Part shown: piece by piece, positions 22,501 to 31,328 of the stretch
Layout: every line of letters begins with the position of its first letter
Numbering within the stretch: the stretch's first letter is position 1
Assembly (NCBI GenBank): GCA_964415865.1
Contig: CAYQBY010000003.1
Span: 3,158 to 67,157, forward strand
DNA: 64,000 bases
Reading direction: 5' to 3'
Origin: an uncultured Piscirickettsiaceae bacterium
GTDB taxonomy: Bacteria; Pseudomonadota; Gammaproteobacteria; GCF-002020875
Translations under genes and position numbers: made by a program
The notes under the pieces: generated by a model
Told to the model about the DNA's origin: nothing
The model's database searches: none
Seen by the model: only the letters and a program-made list of their open reading frames with translations

Positions 22501-23292
22501 TGTACGGGTCATTGGCAGATTTGCACCACAGACAATAATGTACTTGGAGTTATACCAATCCGCAGACTCTGGCACATCAGTCTGCTCACCCCAAACCTGA
22601 GGCGAAGCAGGTGGCAGATCACAATACCAATCATAGAAAGAGCCAACTCCAGCACCAATTAGGGATAGGTACCTGGAACCAGCCGCATAAGAGATCATCG
22701 ACATCGCAGGGATTGGCGAGAAACCATAGATACGGTCTGGTCCCCACTTCTTGATGGTATGAATATTAGCTGCAGCAATCATCTCAACCATCTCATCCCA
22801 CTCTGCGCGGACAAATCCACCCAGACCACGAACACCCACATAACTTTCACGTTTTGCTGAATCATTCTGAATCGCTGCCCAGGCATCGACAGGATCTTTT
22901 CCCGAGTCACGCTCCGCACGATAGAGATCCACCAAGCGACCACGCACCAGCGGATATTTAATACGGTGAGGACTATAGAGGTACCAAGAGAAAGAGGCGC
23001 CACGCTGACACCCTCTGGGCTCATGGTTAGGGAGATCATCCCTGGTTCTAGGGTAATCAGTCTGCTGCATCTCATATGCAACCAACCCATTCTTGACATA
23101 AATCTTCCAGGAACAACCACCAGTACAGTTCACACCATGTGTTGAACGCACCATTTTGTCATGGCGCCAACGGTTACGGTATGTATCTTCCCACTGACGA
23201 TCCTCTTGGGTCACAATGCCGTGCCCCTTTGAGAAGGTATCTTTGACTTTGCCAAAATATCTCAAACGATCAAGAAAATGACTCATAAACAA
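19543..23292 (-). CDS. narG: Respiratory nitrate reductase alpha subunit (Mo-bisMGD)
   Basis: 1249 aa; N-terminal HGVNCTGGCSW FS0 motif; no Tat signal. Confidence 0.95.
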   Translation of the reverse strand: MFMSHFLDRLRYFGKVKDTFSKGHGIVTQEDRQWEDTYRNRWRHDKMVRSTHGVNCTGGCSWKIYVKNGLVAYEMQQTDYPRTRDDLPNHEPRGCQRGASFSWYLYSPHRIKYPLVRGRLVDLYRAERDSGKDPVDAWAAIQNDSAKRESYVGVRGLGGFVRAEWDEMVEMIAAANIHTIKKWGPDRIYGFSPIPAMSMISYAAGSRYLSLIGAGVGSFYDWYCDLPPASPQVWGEQTDVPESADWYNSKYIIVCGANLPMTRTPDAHFAVESRYNGTKIVSMAPDYAEYVKFADLWMPVKQGTDSAAFLAMGHVALKEFHVNQQDPYFTEYARSFTDFPMQVILEKQGDKLITGRFLRASDFDNNMGESNNPEWKTIVRDSRSNSFVVPNGSVGFRWGEEGKWNILEQANGNEIEAELSCIDNRDEVIDVTFPHFTPEDGDSLVRKIPARKLILASGEEVHVTSVFDLQVAQYGIDRGLGDNLAKDYSDESVPYTPAWASMVTGVPAADLERTGREFADNASKTRGKSMVILGAAINHWYHNDMNYRGIMNLLHICGCVGQSGGGWAHYVGQEKLRPQAGWAPIAFGLDWHRPPRHTASTTYWYFHTDQWRYERVEADGLLASTAKGRYKGYQLGDYNVVAQRLGWTPSMPHFDKNPLEIVKEAEAAGATDEAGVSSYLAEKLKSGDINFAYEDIDAEENHPRNLFVWRSNLIGCSSKGHEYFLKHLLGAQNGVMSEGTEGAACREIKWREKSPTGKLDLMVDINFRLNSTGAYSDMVLPTATWYEKADLNTTDMHPFIHPLSKAVDPAWESKSDWQIFKTIAKKFSELSETHLGTQKDVVALPMQHDTPMALAQPFGEVKDWKKGDCDLIPGKTAPIFKVVERDYPSTYSKYIALGPLMNKLGNTIKGIDWNTDKEIEELASLNGVIKEEGISKGMPSLSEDVHVCDAVMRMAPETNGEVAHKSWSAQSKKTGVDHSHLYKGRQDEKITYHDIVSQPRKIITAPTWSGIESEEVSYNACYTNLHEHIPLRTLTGRAQFYQDHEWMLDFGEGFCAYKPAVDLQAHKNVPAAIKGKPHLVLNWITPHSKWGIHSTYQDNLRMLTLFRGGPYFWVSEEDARSIGLKDNDWVEAMNDNGATVARVVVSQRVPNGMAIMYHAQEKNVNVPGSNTTGKRGGILNSVTRTVPKPTHMIGGYAQLSYAFNYYGTVGSNRDEHVIVHKIDDQDVDWLERPLTPEREAKKNPPGINN

Positions 23293-23335
23293 CTCTCCTT
23301 AAAAATTAATTGGAGTTCAATATAGATAGTAAGGT

Positions 23336-23413
23336 CAGGGCAACCCCTATGCAGATTTGTGATGGGTTTGGTAATCTGCAGGGTGTACGAGTACAACACA
23401 AAGGGTTGCCCTG
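23336..23413. promoter_or_regulatory. Long imperfect hairpin in the narK-narG intergenic region (possible attenuator or processing site)
   Basis: 11-bp perfect inverted repeat CAGGGCAACCC...GGGTTGCCCTG, with a nested TGCAGATT/AATCTGCA stem. Confidence 0.45.
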
Positions 23414-23428
23414 TATTTTGTCTAACAG

Positions 23429-25060
23429 CTATGGGTTATCGAACTCTCTCTTCGGCCCTAGGTAATACCACCAGTTCAATACCAGACAGACCGTATAGAA
23501 GATTGCAAATCCATATAGTGCATTCTCTGGCGTTGCTGCCTTGATCTGCTCGCCGAACACCTTCGGGATAATAAATGCACCATAGGCTGCCACTGCAGAT
23601 GTCCATCCAAGTACTGGTCCAGCTTGTTCCCTGTTAAATACCATCGCAATGGTACGAAAGGTGGAACCATTGCCAATCCCTGTTGCTGCAAATAGAATCA
23701 GGAAGAGTATAAAGAACGGGAAGAAGAACTCTTCTGGAGTTGCAGACTGATAAGCTGCAGCCATAAAGTATGCGACACCCAAGGCACTACCAATCATTGT
23801 TAGCGATACATATTGAGTCACCTTGGCACCACCAATCTTGTCAGCCATCCAGCCACCAATTGGACGGATTAGTGCACCAATAAATGGACCCATCCATGCA
23901 TACATAAGTGCTGATGGACCATTTGGATTTGCCGCATCATGTAACATTACACCGTCCGCACCCATCACATGGGTAAAGCCAAAGATAACCTTGATCGCCA
24001 ATGCAAAACCTGCGGAGTAACCAATAAAGCTGCCGAAAGTCATGGTATAGATAACACTCATAACCCAAGTATGTTTGTTACCAAATATCTTATACTGACG
24101 CTTTAGGTTGTTACTAATATTACCTGGTAACATCTTCAGTAACTGAACAGTCATAAAGAGAATACCTGCAATTACAGGCCACTTAGCCCATCCAGGAGCA
24201 CCGATACCAGTAGGATCAGGAAGAATCACATAGAGACCAGCTGCAGCAGTGATAAAACCAATGATCAACATCATACTAATCATCGAGAAAGCGCCAACTG
24301 GGGATGGTAGATCAGGTGTCACATGATCTACCTTTAGATTATTCATCCCAAACCATCCAGCAATTGCTAGAGGTATCAGAAACAACAGCCAAATAAACCC
24401 AGCATTATGAATATAGGTATCAGATCCAGCTGGAATCTTGCCAATCAATGTGCCTGATGTATTCACCAACTGCATTGGATCGCCACCGAAAATACCAAAG
24501 GTCATAACCAGTGGAACCAGTATCTGCATAGTTGTTACACCAGCATTACCAAGACCGGCATTCAGACCAAGCGCCAACCCTTGCTGCTTTTTGGGATAAA
24601 AGAAGCTGATATTTGACATTGAAGAGGCGAAGTTACCGCCACCAAAACCAGAGAGGAATGCCAAAATCTGGAATTGCCACAGTGGTGTATTCATATCCTG
24701 CAGTGCGAATCCTGCCCCTACAGCAGGAATCATCAGCAGTGCGGTAGTAAAGAAGATGGTGTTTCGACCACCCGCAATACGGATAAAGAAACTACTGGGG
24801 ATACGCAGTGTGGCGCCCGTCAGTCCAGCAATTGCCATAAGGGTAAAGAGTTCTGTTTTTGCAAAGGGAAAGCCCAAGTTGAGCATCTGTACGGTGATGA
24901 TGCCCCAATAAAGCCAAATCGCAAAACCGTTTAACAGACTAGGAATAGAGATCCACAAGTTTCGACTTGCAACCTTCTTTCCTTCCGACTCCCAGAACTG
25001 TTCATTCTCTGGGTCCCACTTGGTGATATCCGACATTACTGTCTCCTTATCGTTGAACAA
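23429..25060 (-). CDS. narK: MFS nitrate/nitrite transporter NarK (NarK2-like)
   Basis: 12-TM MFS; immediately upstream of narG on the same strand. Confidence 0.85.
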   Translation of the reverse strand: MFNDKETVMSDITKWDPENEQFWESEGKKVASRNLWISIPSLLNGFAIWLYWGIITVQMLNLGFPFAKTELFTLMAIAGLTGATLRIPSSFFIRIAGGRNTIFFTTALLMIPAVGAGFALQDMNTPLWQFQILAFLSGFGGGNFASSMSNISFFYPKKQQGLALGLNAGLGNAGVTTMQILVPLVMTFGIFGGDPMQLVNTSGTLIGKIPAGSDTYIHNAGFIWLLFLIPLAIAGWFGMNNLKVDHVTPDLPSPVGAFSMISMMLIIGFITAAAGLYVILPDPTGIGAPGWAKWPVIAGILFMTVQLLKMLPGNISNNLKRQYKIFGNKHTWVMSVIYTMTFGSFIGYSAGFALAIKVIFGFTHVMGADGVMLHDAANPNGPSALMYAWMGPFIGALIRPIGGWMADKIGGAKVTQYVSLTMIGSALGVAYFMAAAYQSATPEEFFFPFFILFLILFAATGIGNGSTFRTIAMVFNREQAGPVLGWTSAVAAYGAFIIPKVFGEQIKAATPENALYGFAIFYTVCLVLNWWYYLGPKREFDNP

Positions 25061-25119
25061 AAAAATAAAAACATAAAAAACAATACCCCTATCTCACACA
25101 AGATAGGGGTATAACAAAG

Positions 25120-26562
25120 TTACTCAAGTGACTCGCTAGGGGGGAGGCCATCAATACGCTCTCTCTTCATCCGTTCCGCATCAGTCCTAGCACATTCGCG
25201 AGAAGATACATAACGCTCGTAGAACTCCTCCAACAGATCCGCCTGATCCACAGCCGCTCTGGCAGATACATAGGCATCCAAATCCTCATGTGCCTGCTCG
25301 TATTCATACATCACATGATCTCTTGCAATCTGCGCATCCTGTCGCTGCTTATCCCGTGCGAAGGTGTAGTGCATCCAGACTAGGGAGACCGAGGTAGCTC
25401 CATAAAGCAACATAAAGACCACACTATTAACACCAGTGAGGTCAATTAATGCGCCAAACATGATCGGTAAAAAAAATCCGCCCATACCACCAGCAAGCCC
25501 CACAATTCCTGAGGCCACACCTATGTTTTCAGGGTACTCATCGGAGAGAAACTTAAAGACCGATGCTTTACCAAATCCCCAGGCGATACCAACAACAAAC
25601 AATAGGGAGGTAAATACCCAGACATTCAGGCCAATCCCAACAGCCACACTACCAGTAGTAGTCTTGATTACCATCTCAGTTTGTGGGTATGACATCAGGA
25701 ATAGGCAGACCCAAGAGATCCACATGACCCACCAGGTCACCTTATAGGCACCATATTTATCAGAGAACCAACCACCCAATGCACGAATAACACCAGATGG
25801 GAGCACAAATGTAGCTGCCAATAGTGCTGCCGTAGTAAGATCCAAACCATACTCAGCTATATAGTACTTAGTCATCCATAGAGAGAGGCCGACAAACCCG
25901 CCAAACACCAGAGAGTAGTACTGCATATACTTCCAGATGTTTGGGTCCTTCAACATCTTGAGCTGATCCCCAACTGTAATATGGGCGCCCACCTTATGGT
26001 CAGGGTCCTCATATGTAAACATCCAGTAGATTACGACAGTAACAAACATTGCCACCGCATAAACCTTGGGTACCATCTGCCAGCCATAAGCGACTACCAG
26101 TGAGGGGGCGACAAACTTGGTGAGGGCGGCACCCGCATTACCGGCACCAAAAATCCCCATAGCAAAGCCCTGCTTCTCTTTGGTAAACCAACGCGCGGTA
26201 TAGGCGATCCCCACCGAAAAAGAGGCTCCAGCAATTCCCACAAAAAGGCCAAGTACAATAAATTGCCAGTACTCAGTAGCCTCACTGATAAACCAGAGTG
26301 GGATAATTGTGACCAGCATCAGAATAAAGTAGACAATTCGTCCACCAAACCGATCCGTCCACATTCCAACTGGTAGACGAACAACAGAACCTGTAAGGAT
26401 AGGGGTTGCAATCAGAATCCCAAACTGGGTCTCATTCAGCAACAGTAGGTCCTTAATCGGAATACCGATAATCGAGAACATCACCCAAACTGCAAAGCAT
26501 GCAGTAAAGGCAAAGGTATTCATGGTCAATACCGACAGTTGTTTGGCTCTAAAACTAGGCAT
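25120..26562 (-). CDS. narK: MFS nitrate/nitrite transporter NarK (NarK1-like) with ~75-aa hydrophilic C-terminal extension
   Basis: 12-TM MFS followed by a charged tail (QRQDAQIARDH...ERMKRERIDGLPPSESLE). Confidence 0.85.
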   Translation of the reverse strand: MPSFRAKQLSVLTMNTFAFTACFAVWVMFSIIGIPIKDLLLLNETQFGILIATPILTGSVVRLPVGMWTDRFGGRIVYFILMLVTIIPLWFISEATEYWQFIVLGLFVGIAGASFSVGIAYTARWFTKEKQGFAMGIFGAGNAGAALTKFVAPSLVVAYGWQMVPKVYAVAMFVTVVIYWMFTYEDPDHKVGAHITVGDQLKMLKDPNIWKYMQYYSLVFGGFVGLSLWMTKYYIAEYGLDLTTAALLAATFVLPSGVIRALGGWFSDKYGAYKVTWWVMWISWVCLFLMSYPQTEMVIKTTTGSVAVGIGLNVWVFTSLLFVVGIAWGFGKASVFKFLSDEYPENIGVASGIVGLAGGMGGFFLPIMFGALIDLTGVNSVVFMLLYGATSVSLVWMHYTFARDKQRQDAQIARDHVMYEYEQAHEDLDAYVSARAAVDQADLLEEFYERYVSSRECARTDAERMKRERIDGLPPSESLE

Positions 26563-26699
26563 ATATCCTCTCCCTCAAAGCTCTCCCTAAAAGTACTGTT
26601 TCACCAAACCAGCAAAAATCACTGATGATGGAACTTAGCTATCAGAAGACACACTTGCAAGCCATTTGCTCTCTTTAACAATTCAATAGAATTCTCTCT

Positions 26700-26717
26700 G
26701 TACCACCATGGTGGTAC
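26700..26717. promoter_or_regulatory. 18-bp perfect palindrome in the divergent narK/narX intergenic region, candidate NarL 7-2-7 site
   Basis: GTACCACCATGGTGGTAC = TACCACC-AT-GGTGGTA, inverted heptamers with a 2-bp spacer. Confidence 0.4.
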
Positions 26718-26864
26718 AAATAGGTATTCATTTATCTCTTTGTAACTATTGATATATTTTGTAAACGCTATACGATAGATAACAATCCGGTTAAGTAGAG
26801 CTCTCTCAAAACATACCCCCATTTTTCTCTGCAATACTGCTGCCTCACAATTACCTATAGAGCC

Positions 26865-28790
26865 ATGACAACCAACAACAAAAAACAATCTCTGATACTG
26901 CGTTTTGGGCTTACGCTTGGTGGCATTATCCTTCTGGGATTCATAAGCATGCTCAGCTCTATTTTTATATCAGAATCAATAACTGGTATGGGAAGCGCTA
27001 TTAATCACGCAGGTTCCCTACGCATGCAGTCATTTCGTATTGCAACTGATCTTGTCTATCAACTGCATGACAACAGAATTGACAATGAAGAAGGTCATCG
27101 CTATGCCAACTATGTGCATGACTTTGATGCACGTATACGTAATCAAAAACTAAAAAATGTAATACCTAGCAACCATGATTCTGCAATCTATAAAAGATAC
27201 GTAGATGTGTTAGATACATGGGAATACAAGATTAAACCCTTGCTATATGTCTACGAGAAGATGGGTAACCAACAGTCTATTATTGACTACAAATATGATG
27301 AGAAATACTGGGATACCTTCACCGACACATCCAGAAGACTTATTCGTCAGCGCTATATGGACTTAGTGGAACATTTCGTAAACAAAATAGACAGAATGGT
27401 AGTAGAGCTTGAACTTGAGACTGAGAAAAAGATAAAGCTGTTGAACGTGATTGAATTAATCAGTCTATTCCTGGCAATAATAATTGTGCTAATAACCATG
27501 ATTGTTCTTCAATCAAGAATCATCTCTCCCCTCCAATCCTTGATGATGGCCACTGAAAAAATCAGGGAGGGAGATTTTAGTTATAAGGCCATAGTAAATG
27601 GCAACAATGAACTCTCCAGACTTGCTAATACCTTCAACGCCATGTCAACTGAGCTCTCGGAGACATACATCAGCCAAGCAGAAGAAATATCTCGCAAAAC
27701 TAATGACCTTAAACAGAAAAAAGATGAGATGGAATTGCTATATCATACAGCTGAGATATTAAGCTCATCTCCAGCAAACTCCAAAAGTTATGAAAAAATA
27801 ATCACAGAAATCAAACAAAAATTTAATATACGTTCTGTAATTATTTGTTTATCGAAGCCAGACAGCGCCGCCGGGCATCTTCTTTCCTCCAGCCTGGAAA
27901 ATTATGAGTGCAGTAGTAACTGCAAAAAATGTCACACTAACAGAGGAGGACATGATCTTATTTTTCCAATTGAGGATATAAATAGATCATATGGTCTTTT
28001 AATTATTGAAAGATCACAAGATGATCTGGATGAATGGCAAACGTCAACTCTTAAAATAATATCAGAGCAGATTGCCTCTGCCATAAATATAGTTGGCAAT
28101 AGTATAAAGGATAGAGACCAAGCATTAATTAGAGAAAGAAGTATGATCGCCAGGGATCTTCATGATTCACTTGCCCAATCACTCAGCTATCTTAAAATTG
28201 AGGTCAGCCGGGTTCAGGATCATATGAATAAAAATATGGATAGCACTGTTATAACCCCGATAATATCTGATATTAGAGATGAGATCAGTAACGCCTACCA
28301 ACAACTAAGAAAATTAATTACCACATTCCGACTTACAGTAGATAGCACAAACCTTGAGAACACCATAAATAATGCCATAGAAGATTTCAAGCAACTTAAG
28401 GATGTAGATATGACTGTTGACGTTCGTGCTACAGGATGTGAAATGAACCCAAGTGAGGCTATGCATCTTATATATATTCTGCGTGAATCTCTTAACAATA
28501 TATACAAACATGCGAATGCAAGCCATGTTTGGGTTGAACTCAGATGTGCACCATCACACCAAATTACTCTAACAGTTCAGGACAATGGTGATGGCCTAAG
28601 TTCTGATGCAAAAAAACATGGTCATCATGGGCTCTCTATCATGCAAGAACGAGCCAGCCTAATTAATGGAACATATGGTGTCAGTTTACGTCCTGGTGGA
28701 GGAACCTCAATAGAGGTAAGCTTTACTCCAGTTCAGCACCGTAACCACTCAACAAATGGCAATATAGAATCATGGATCAGTCAACTATGA
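26865..28790 (+). CDS. narX: Nitrate/nitrite sensor histidine kinase NarX
   Basis: Two TMs flanking a periplasmic P-box (HAGSLRMQSFRIA); HAMP; central Cys cluster; HisKA_3 H-box (HDSLAQSLS); HATPase. Confidence 0.9.
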   Translation: MTTNNKKQSLILRFGLTLGGIILLGFISMLSSIFISESITGMGSAINHAGSLRMQSFRIATDLVYQLHDNRIDNEEGHRYANYVHDFDARIRNQKLKNVIPSNHDSAIYKRYVDVLDTWEYKIKPLLYVYEKMGNQQSIIDYKYDEKYWDTFTDTSRRLIRQRYMDLVEHFVNKIDRMVVELELETEKKIKLLNVIELISLFLAIIIVLITMIVLQSRIISPLQSLMMATEKIREGDFSYKAIVNGNNELSRLANTFNAMSTELSETYISQAEEISRKTNDLKQKKDEMELLYHTAEILSSSPANSKSYEKIITEIKQKFNIRSVIICLSKPDSAAGHLLSSSLENYECSSNCKKCHTNRGGHDLIFPIEDINRSYGLLIIERSQDDLDEWQTSTLKIISEQIASAINIVGNSIKDRDQALIRERSMIARDLHDSLAQSLSYLKIEVSRVQDHMNKNMDSTVITPIISDIRDEISNAYQQLRKLITTFRLTVDSTNLENTINNAIEDFKQLKDVDMTVDVRATGCEMNPSEAMHLIYILRESLNNIYKHANASHVWVELRCAPSHQITLTVQDNGDGLSSDAKKHGHHGLSIMQERASLINGTYGVSLRPGGGTSIEVSFTPVQHRNHSTNGNIESWISQL

Positions 28791-29434
28791 CCACGACAAC
28801 CATATTAATCATTGATGACCATCCACTGTTCCGTAAGGGAGTCAGAAATCTTCTTTCCATGAACCCACAATTCTCAGTGACAGGAGAAGTTGATAATGGT
28901 AGAGATGGAATTATGGAGGCAGTAAGACTAAGACCTGATCTGATATTGCTTGATATTGATATGAAGGGTCTTAATGGTATTGAGACATTAGCTCTTCTCA
29001 AAAAGGAGAATCTTCCATCCAAAGTAGTTATGTTAACAGTGTCCTCTCACGAGGAGAATGTACTACAAGCACTTCGAGCAGGAGCTGATGGATACCTTCT
29101 GAAAGATATGGAACCAGAAGACATCCTGGACAAGCTTAAACAAGCTTCAGAAGGTCATACAGTTATTAGTGAGGCTCTGACAACTCTTTTGGCTAAATCA
29201 ATCCGTAATGAACATCAGTTACCTCAATCCTCAAAAGAGGCCAATTTAACTAGTCGTGAAATAGAAATTCTACGCCTTGTAATGGACGGGTTGAGCAACA
29301 AACTTGTTGCTAGAGAACTAGATATTTCTGATGGTACCGTTAAGGTTCATATGAAACACATATTGAAAAAACTGCAACTAAAAACCAGAGTAGAAGCTGC
29401 AGTATGGGCAATCAAAAACCTGGATGCTCAATAG
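28772..29434 (+). CDS. narL: Nitrate/nitrite response regulator NarL (REC plus LuxR HTH)
   Basis: Receiver domain (LDIDM), C-terminal LuxR-type HTH; overlaps narX end. Confidence 0.9.
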   Translation: MDQSTMTTTTILIIDDHPLFRKGVRNLLSMNPQFSVTGEVDNGRDGIMEAVRLRPDLILLDIDMKGLNGIETLALLKKENLPSKVVMLTVSSHEENVLQALRAGADGYLLKDMEPEDILDKLKQASEGHTVISEALTTLLAKSIRNEHQLPQSSKEANLTSREIEILRLVMDGLSNKLVARELDISDGTVKVHMKHILKKLQLKTRVEAAVWAIKNLDAQ

Positions 29435-29942
29435 CTGTTGCCTTCTGATAAAACGGATTTTTCTCTCTCACAGTAGCCACTGCCATAGCAATTGAGAGCA
29501 GAATTATGGCATTCAGAAATACCGGAACAATCATAAAAGCATAACCAAGGCTCTCTATCTGTTGGCTACCAATAGCTGCTGTTACCGCTGTTGCCCCACC
29601 TGGTGGATGCATACATCGTAGTGAATGCATCAAAATCATCGCAACAGCAATAGCCGCTGATGAGGATAGTAGTGGACTCTCGATCAGTAGCAGACAGCTA
29701 ACCCCAACAAAAGCAGAAATCAGATGACCACCAACAAGATTCCATGGCTGTGATACTGGGCTATGTGGAAGTGCAAATATAAGCATTGCAGACGCACCGG
29801 TAGATGCGAGAATCATTGGAATATTATCCTCCTGCAAAATTGTATAGCTCAGAAAAGATGCCATCAGTGTTGCCAGAAAAGCTCCAACAACAGAGAAAGC
29901 GGCCTCTCGATTACTCATTCCATGCATCATCACTCCTCCCAT
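29412..29942 (-). CDS. HPP-family integral membrane protein (family includes plastid/cyanobacterial nitrite transporters)
   Basis: Four hydrophobic helices with a conserved HPP motif region (HPPGGA). Confidence 0.6.
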   Translation of the reverse strand: MGGVMMHGMSNREAAFSVVGAFLATLMASFLSYTILQEDNIPMILASTGASAMLIFALPHSPVSQPWNLVGGHLISAFVGVSCLLLIESPLLSSSAAIAVAMILMHSLRCMHPPGGATAVTAAIGSQQIESLGYAFMIVPVFLNAIILLSIAMAVATVREKNPFYQKATAIEHPGF

Positions 29943-29963
29943 CTGTAAACACCCTAAATCTAC

Positions 29964-30371
29964 CTAATGCAGTAACTGATAATAACCATCCTCCTGCAGA
30001 AAACGTTTTGCCTCCTCAGGGTCAAGCTCCTCTACGGGACGAGCAATATGATAAGGTAGTTCGTGCTGCTCTTTACTTAGCTGAACTGTCCCTGACTCTA
30101 CCAGCCTTTCCATAACAGAGAGAACCGTACGCTCCAGATCATCTGGGGGAGAGTCTCCATAATGGACTCGTAGATAACTAAGCAACTCCTCAACAGTATG
30201 CTGCCCATCTGCTAACACAAACACTGTTGCCAGCCATGGTTCCATCTTAACTGTCTCTTTGGGGTTTCTCTTATCAACAAGCGCAACCTCTCCATCTCCT
30301 CCAGTCAATTTCGTATAGGCATTATTACGATAAAAAAAGTTCCCCTTATCAATTTCCAGTTCATCAGTCAT
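29964..30371 (-). CDS. Hypothetical cytoplasmic protein with a PqqD/RRE-like core (weak)
   Basis: Segment EPWLATVFVLADGQHTVEELLSYL resembles a PqqD-family peptide-chaperone motif. Confidence 0.3.
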   Translation of the reverse strand: MTDELEIDKGNFFYRNNAYTKLTGGDGEVALVDKRNPKETVKMEPWLATVFVLADGQHTVEELLSYLRVHYGDSPPDDLERTVLSVMERLVESGTVQLSKEQHELPYHIARPVEELDPEEAKRFLQEDGYYQLLH

Positions 30372-30380
30372 AAACTGCTC

Positions 30381-30692
30381 CTACAACCAACCATTTAATC
30401 TTGCTGCATGTGCTATCAACAATAACACCACCGTAAAGATCATCACATTCTGAATAAATGTAATCATCATAATGCGGTTGATATTCTGCTCCAGATCCTT
30501 TGCAGCCTGCGGTCTTTCCTTGTCTGGCAACGCATCTACTGCTGCCCACTTCTCCTTGCGTATCCTGACCTGGTCAACGGCCTGAGTAAGACATACCACC
30601 AGAATAGCCACGCCTATGCGCTCCTGCGTAGGCAGAAAATAGTGAGCACCCAACCACCCCATAAGGGCATGCATCATAAAATTCCACAACAT
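30381..30692 (-). CDS. Small integral membrane protein, unknown function
   Basis: 103 aa with 2-3 predicted TM helices. Confidence 0.4.
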   Translation of the reverse strand: MLWNFMMHALMGWLGAHYFLPTQERIGVAILVVCLTQAVDQVRIRKEKWAAVDALPDKERPQAAKDLEQNINRIMMITFIQNVMIFTVVLLLIAHAARLNGWL

Positions 30693-30842
30693 TATTAATA
30701 CCTCTCAATCATTATAGGCAACAGTCTGCATAGCTCCACTCACCCAGTCAATACCTCTCCTGCTATACCTCCTATTTACTGTTGTAACAGATGAGCGATT
30801 AGCATTAGCATCTTCTCTACTATTAATCAGCTGAACACACCA

Positions 30843-31328
30843 ATGAAAGTTACAAAAGACCGAGTCATAACCATTGAGTACAAGATGGTAAATCATAAAG
30901 GAGAGATTATTGATAGCACTGACAACAGTGATGCACTCTCATTCATTCAAGGATATGGATCAGTAATTCCTGCAATTGAGAAACAGATTGAAGGACACCA
31001 CACAGGAGATCGCCTTACTTTTGCTCTTAAACCAACAGATAGTTACGGAGAGAGAGATGAGTCAAAAGTTAAAGTAATACCAAAGAGCCAGTTCAATATG
31101 GATGGTGACCTTCATGTTGGCATGCAATTCTATACCCATAAAAATGGACATGATATTCCTGTCACAATTACTACTATAAATGATCAGCAAATAACCATTG
31201 ATGGAAACCACCCACTAGCTGGTGCTGATATCAATGTTGATCTGGTTATAGTTGATGTACGTGAGGCTATTGATGTTGAACTTGAAAGTGGTGAAGTTCA
31301 AACTGATGAGGATATATTCAATAACTGA
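30843..31328 (+). CDS. slyD: FKBP-type peptidyl-prolyl cis-trans isomerase (SlyD-like)
   Basis: N-terminal FKBP pattern (VITIEYKMVNHKGEIIDST...LSFIQGYGSVIPAIE) with IF insertion. Confidence 0.8.
   Translation: MKVTKDRVITIEYKMVNHKGEIIDSTDNSDALSFIQGYGSVIPAIEKQIEGHHTGDRLTFALKPTDSYGERDESKVKVIPKSQFNMDGDLHVGMQFYTHKNGHDIPVTITTINDQQITIDGNHPLAGADINVDLVIVDVREAIDVELESGEVQTDEDIFNN

Noticed and set aside
26619-26888. 89-aa minus-strand ORF in the narK/narX intergenic region
   Set aside because: It overlaps the narX start and the AT-rich divergent promoter region. It has no RBS or homology signal and is more likely regulatory DNA.
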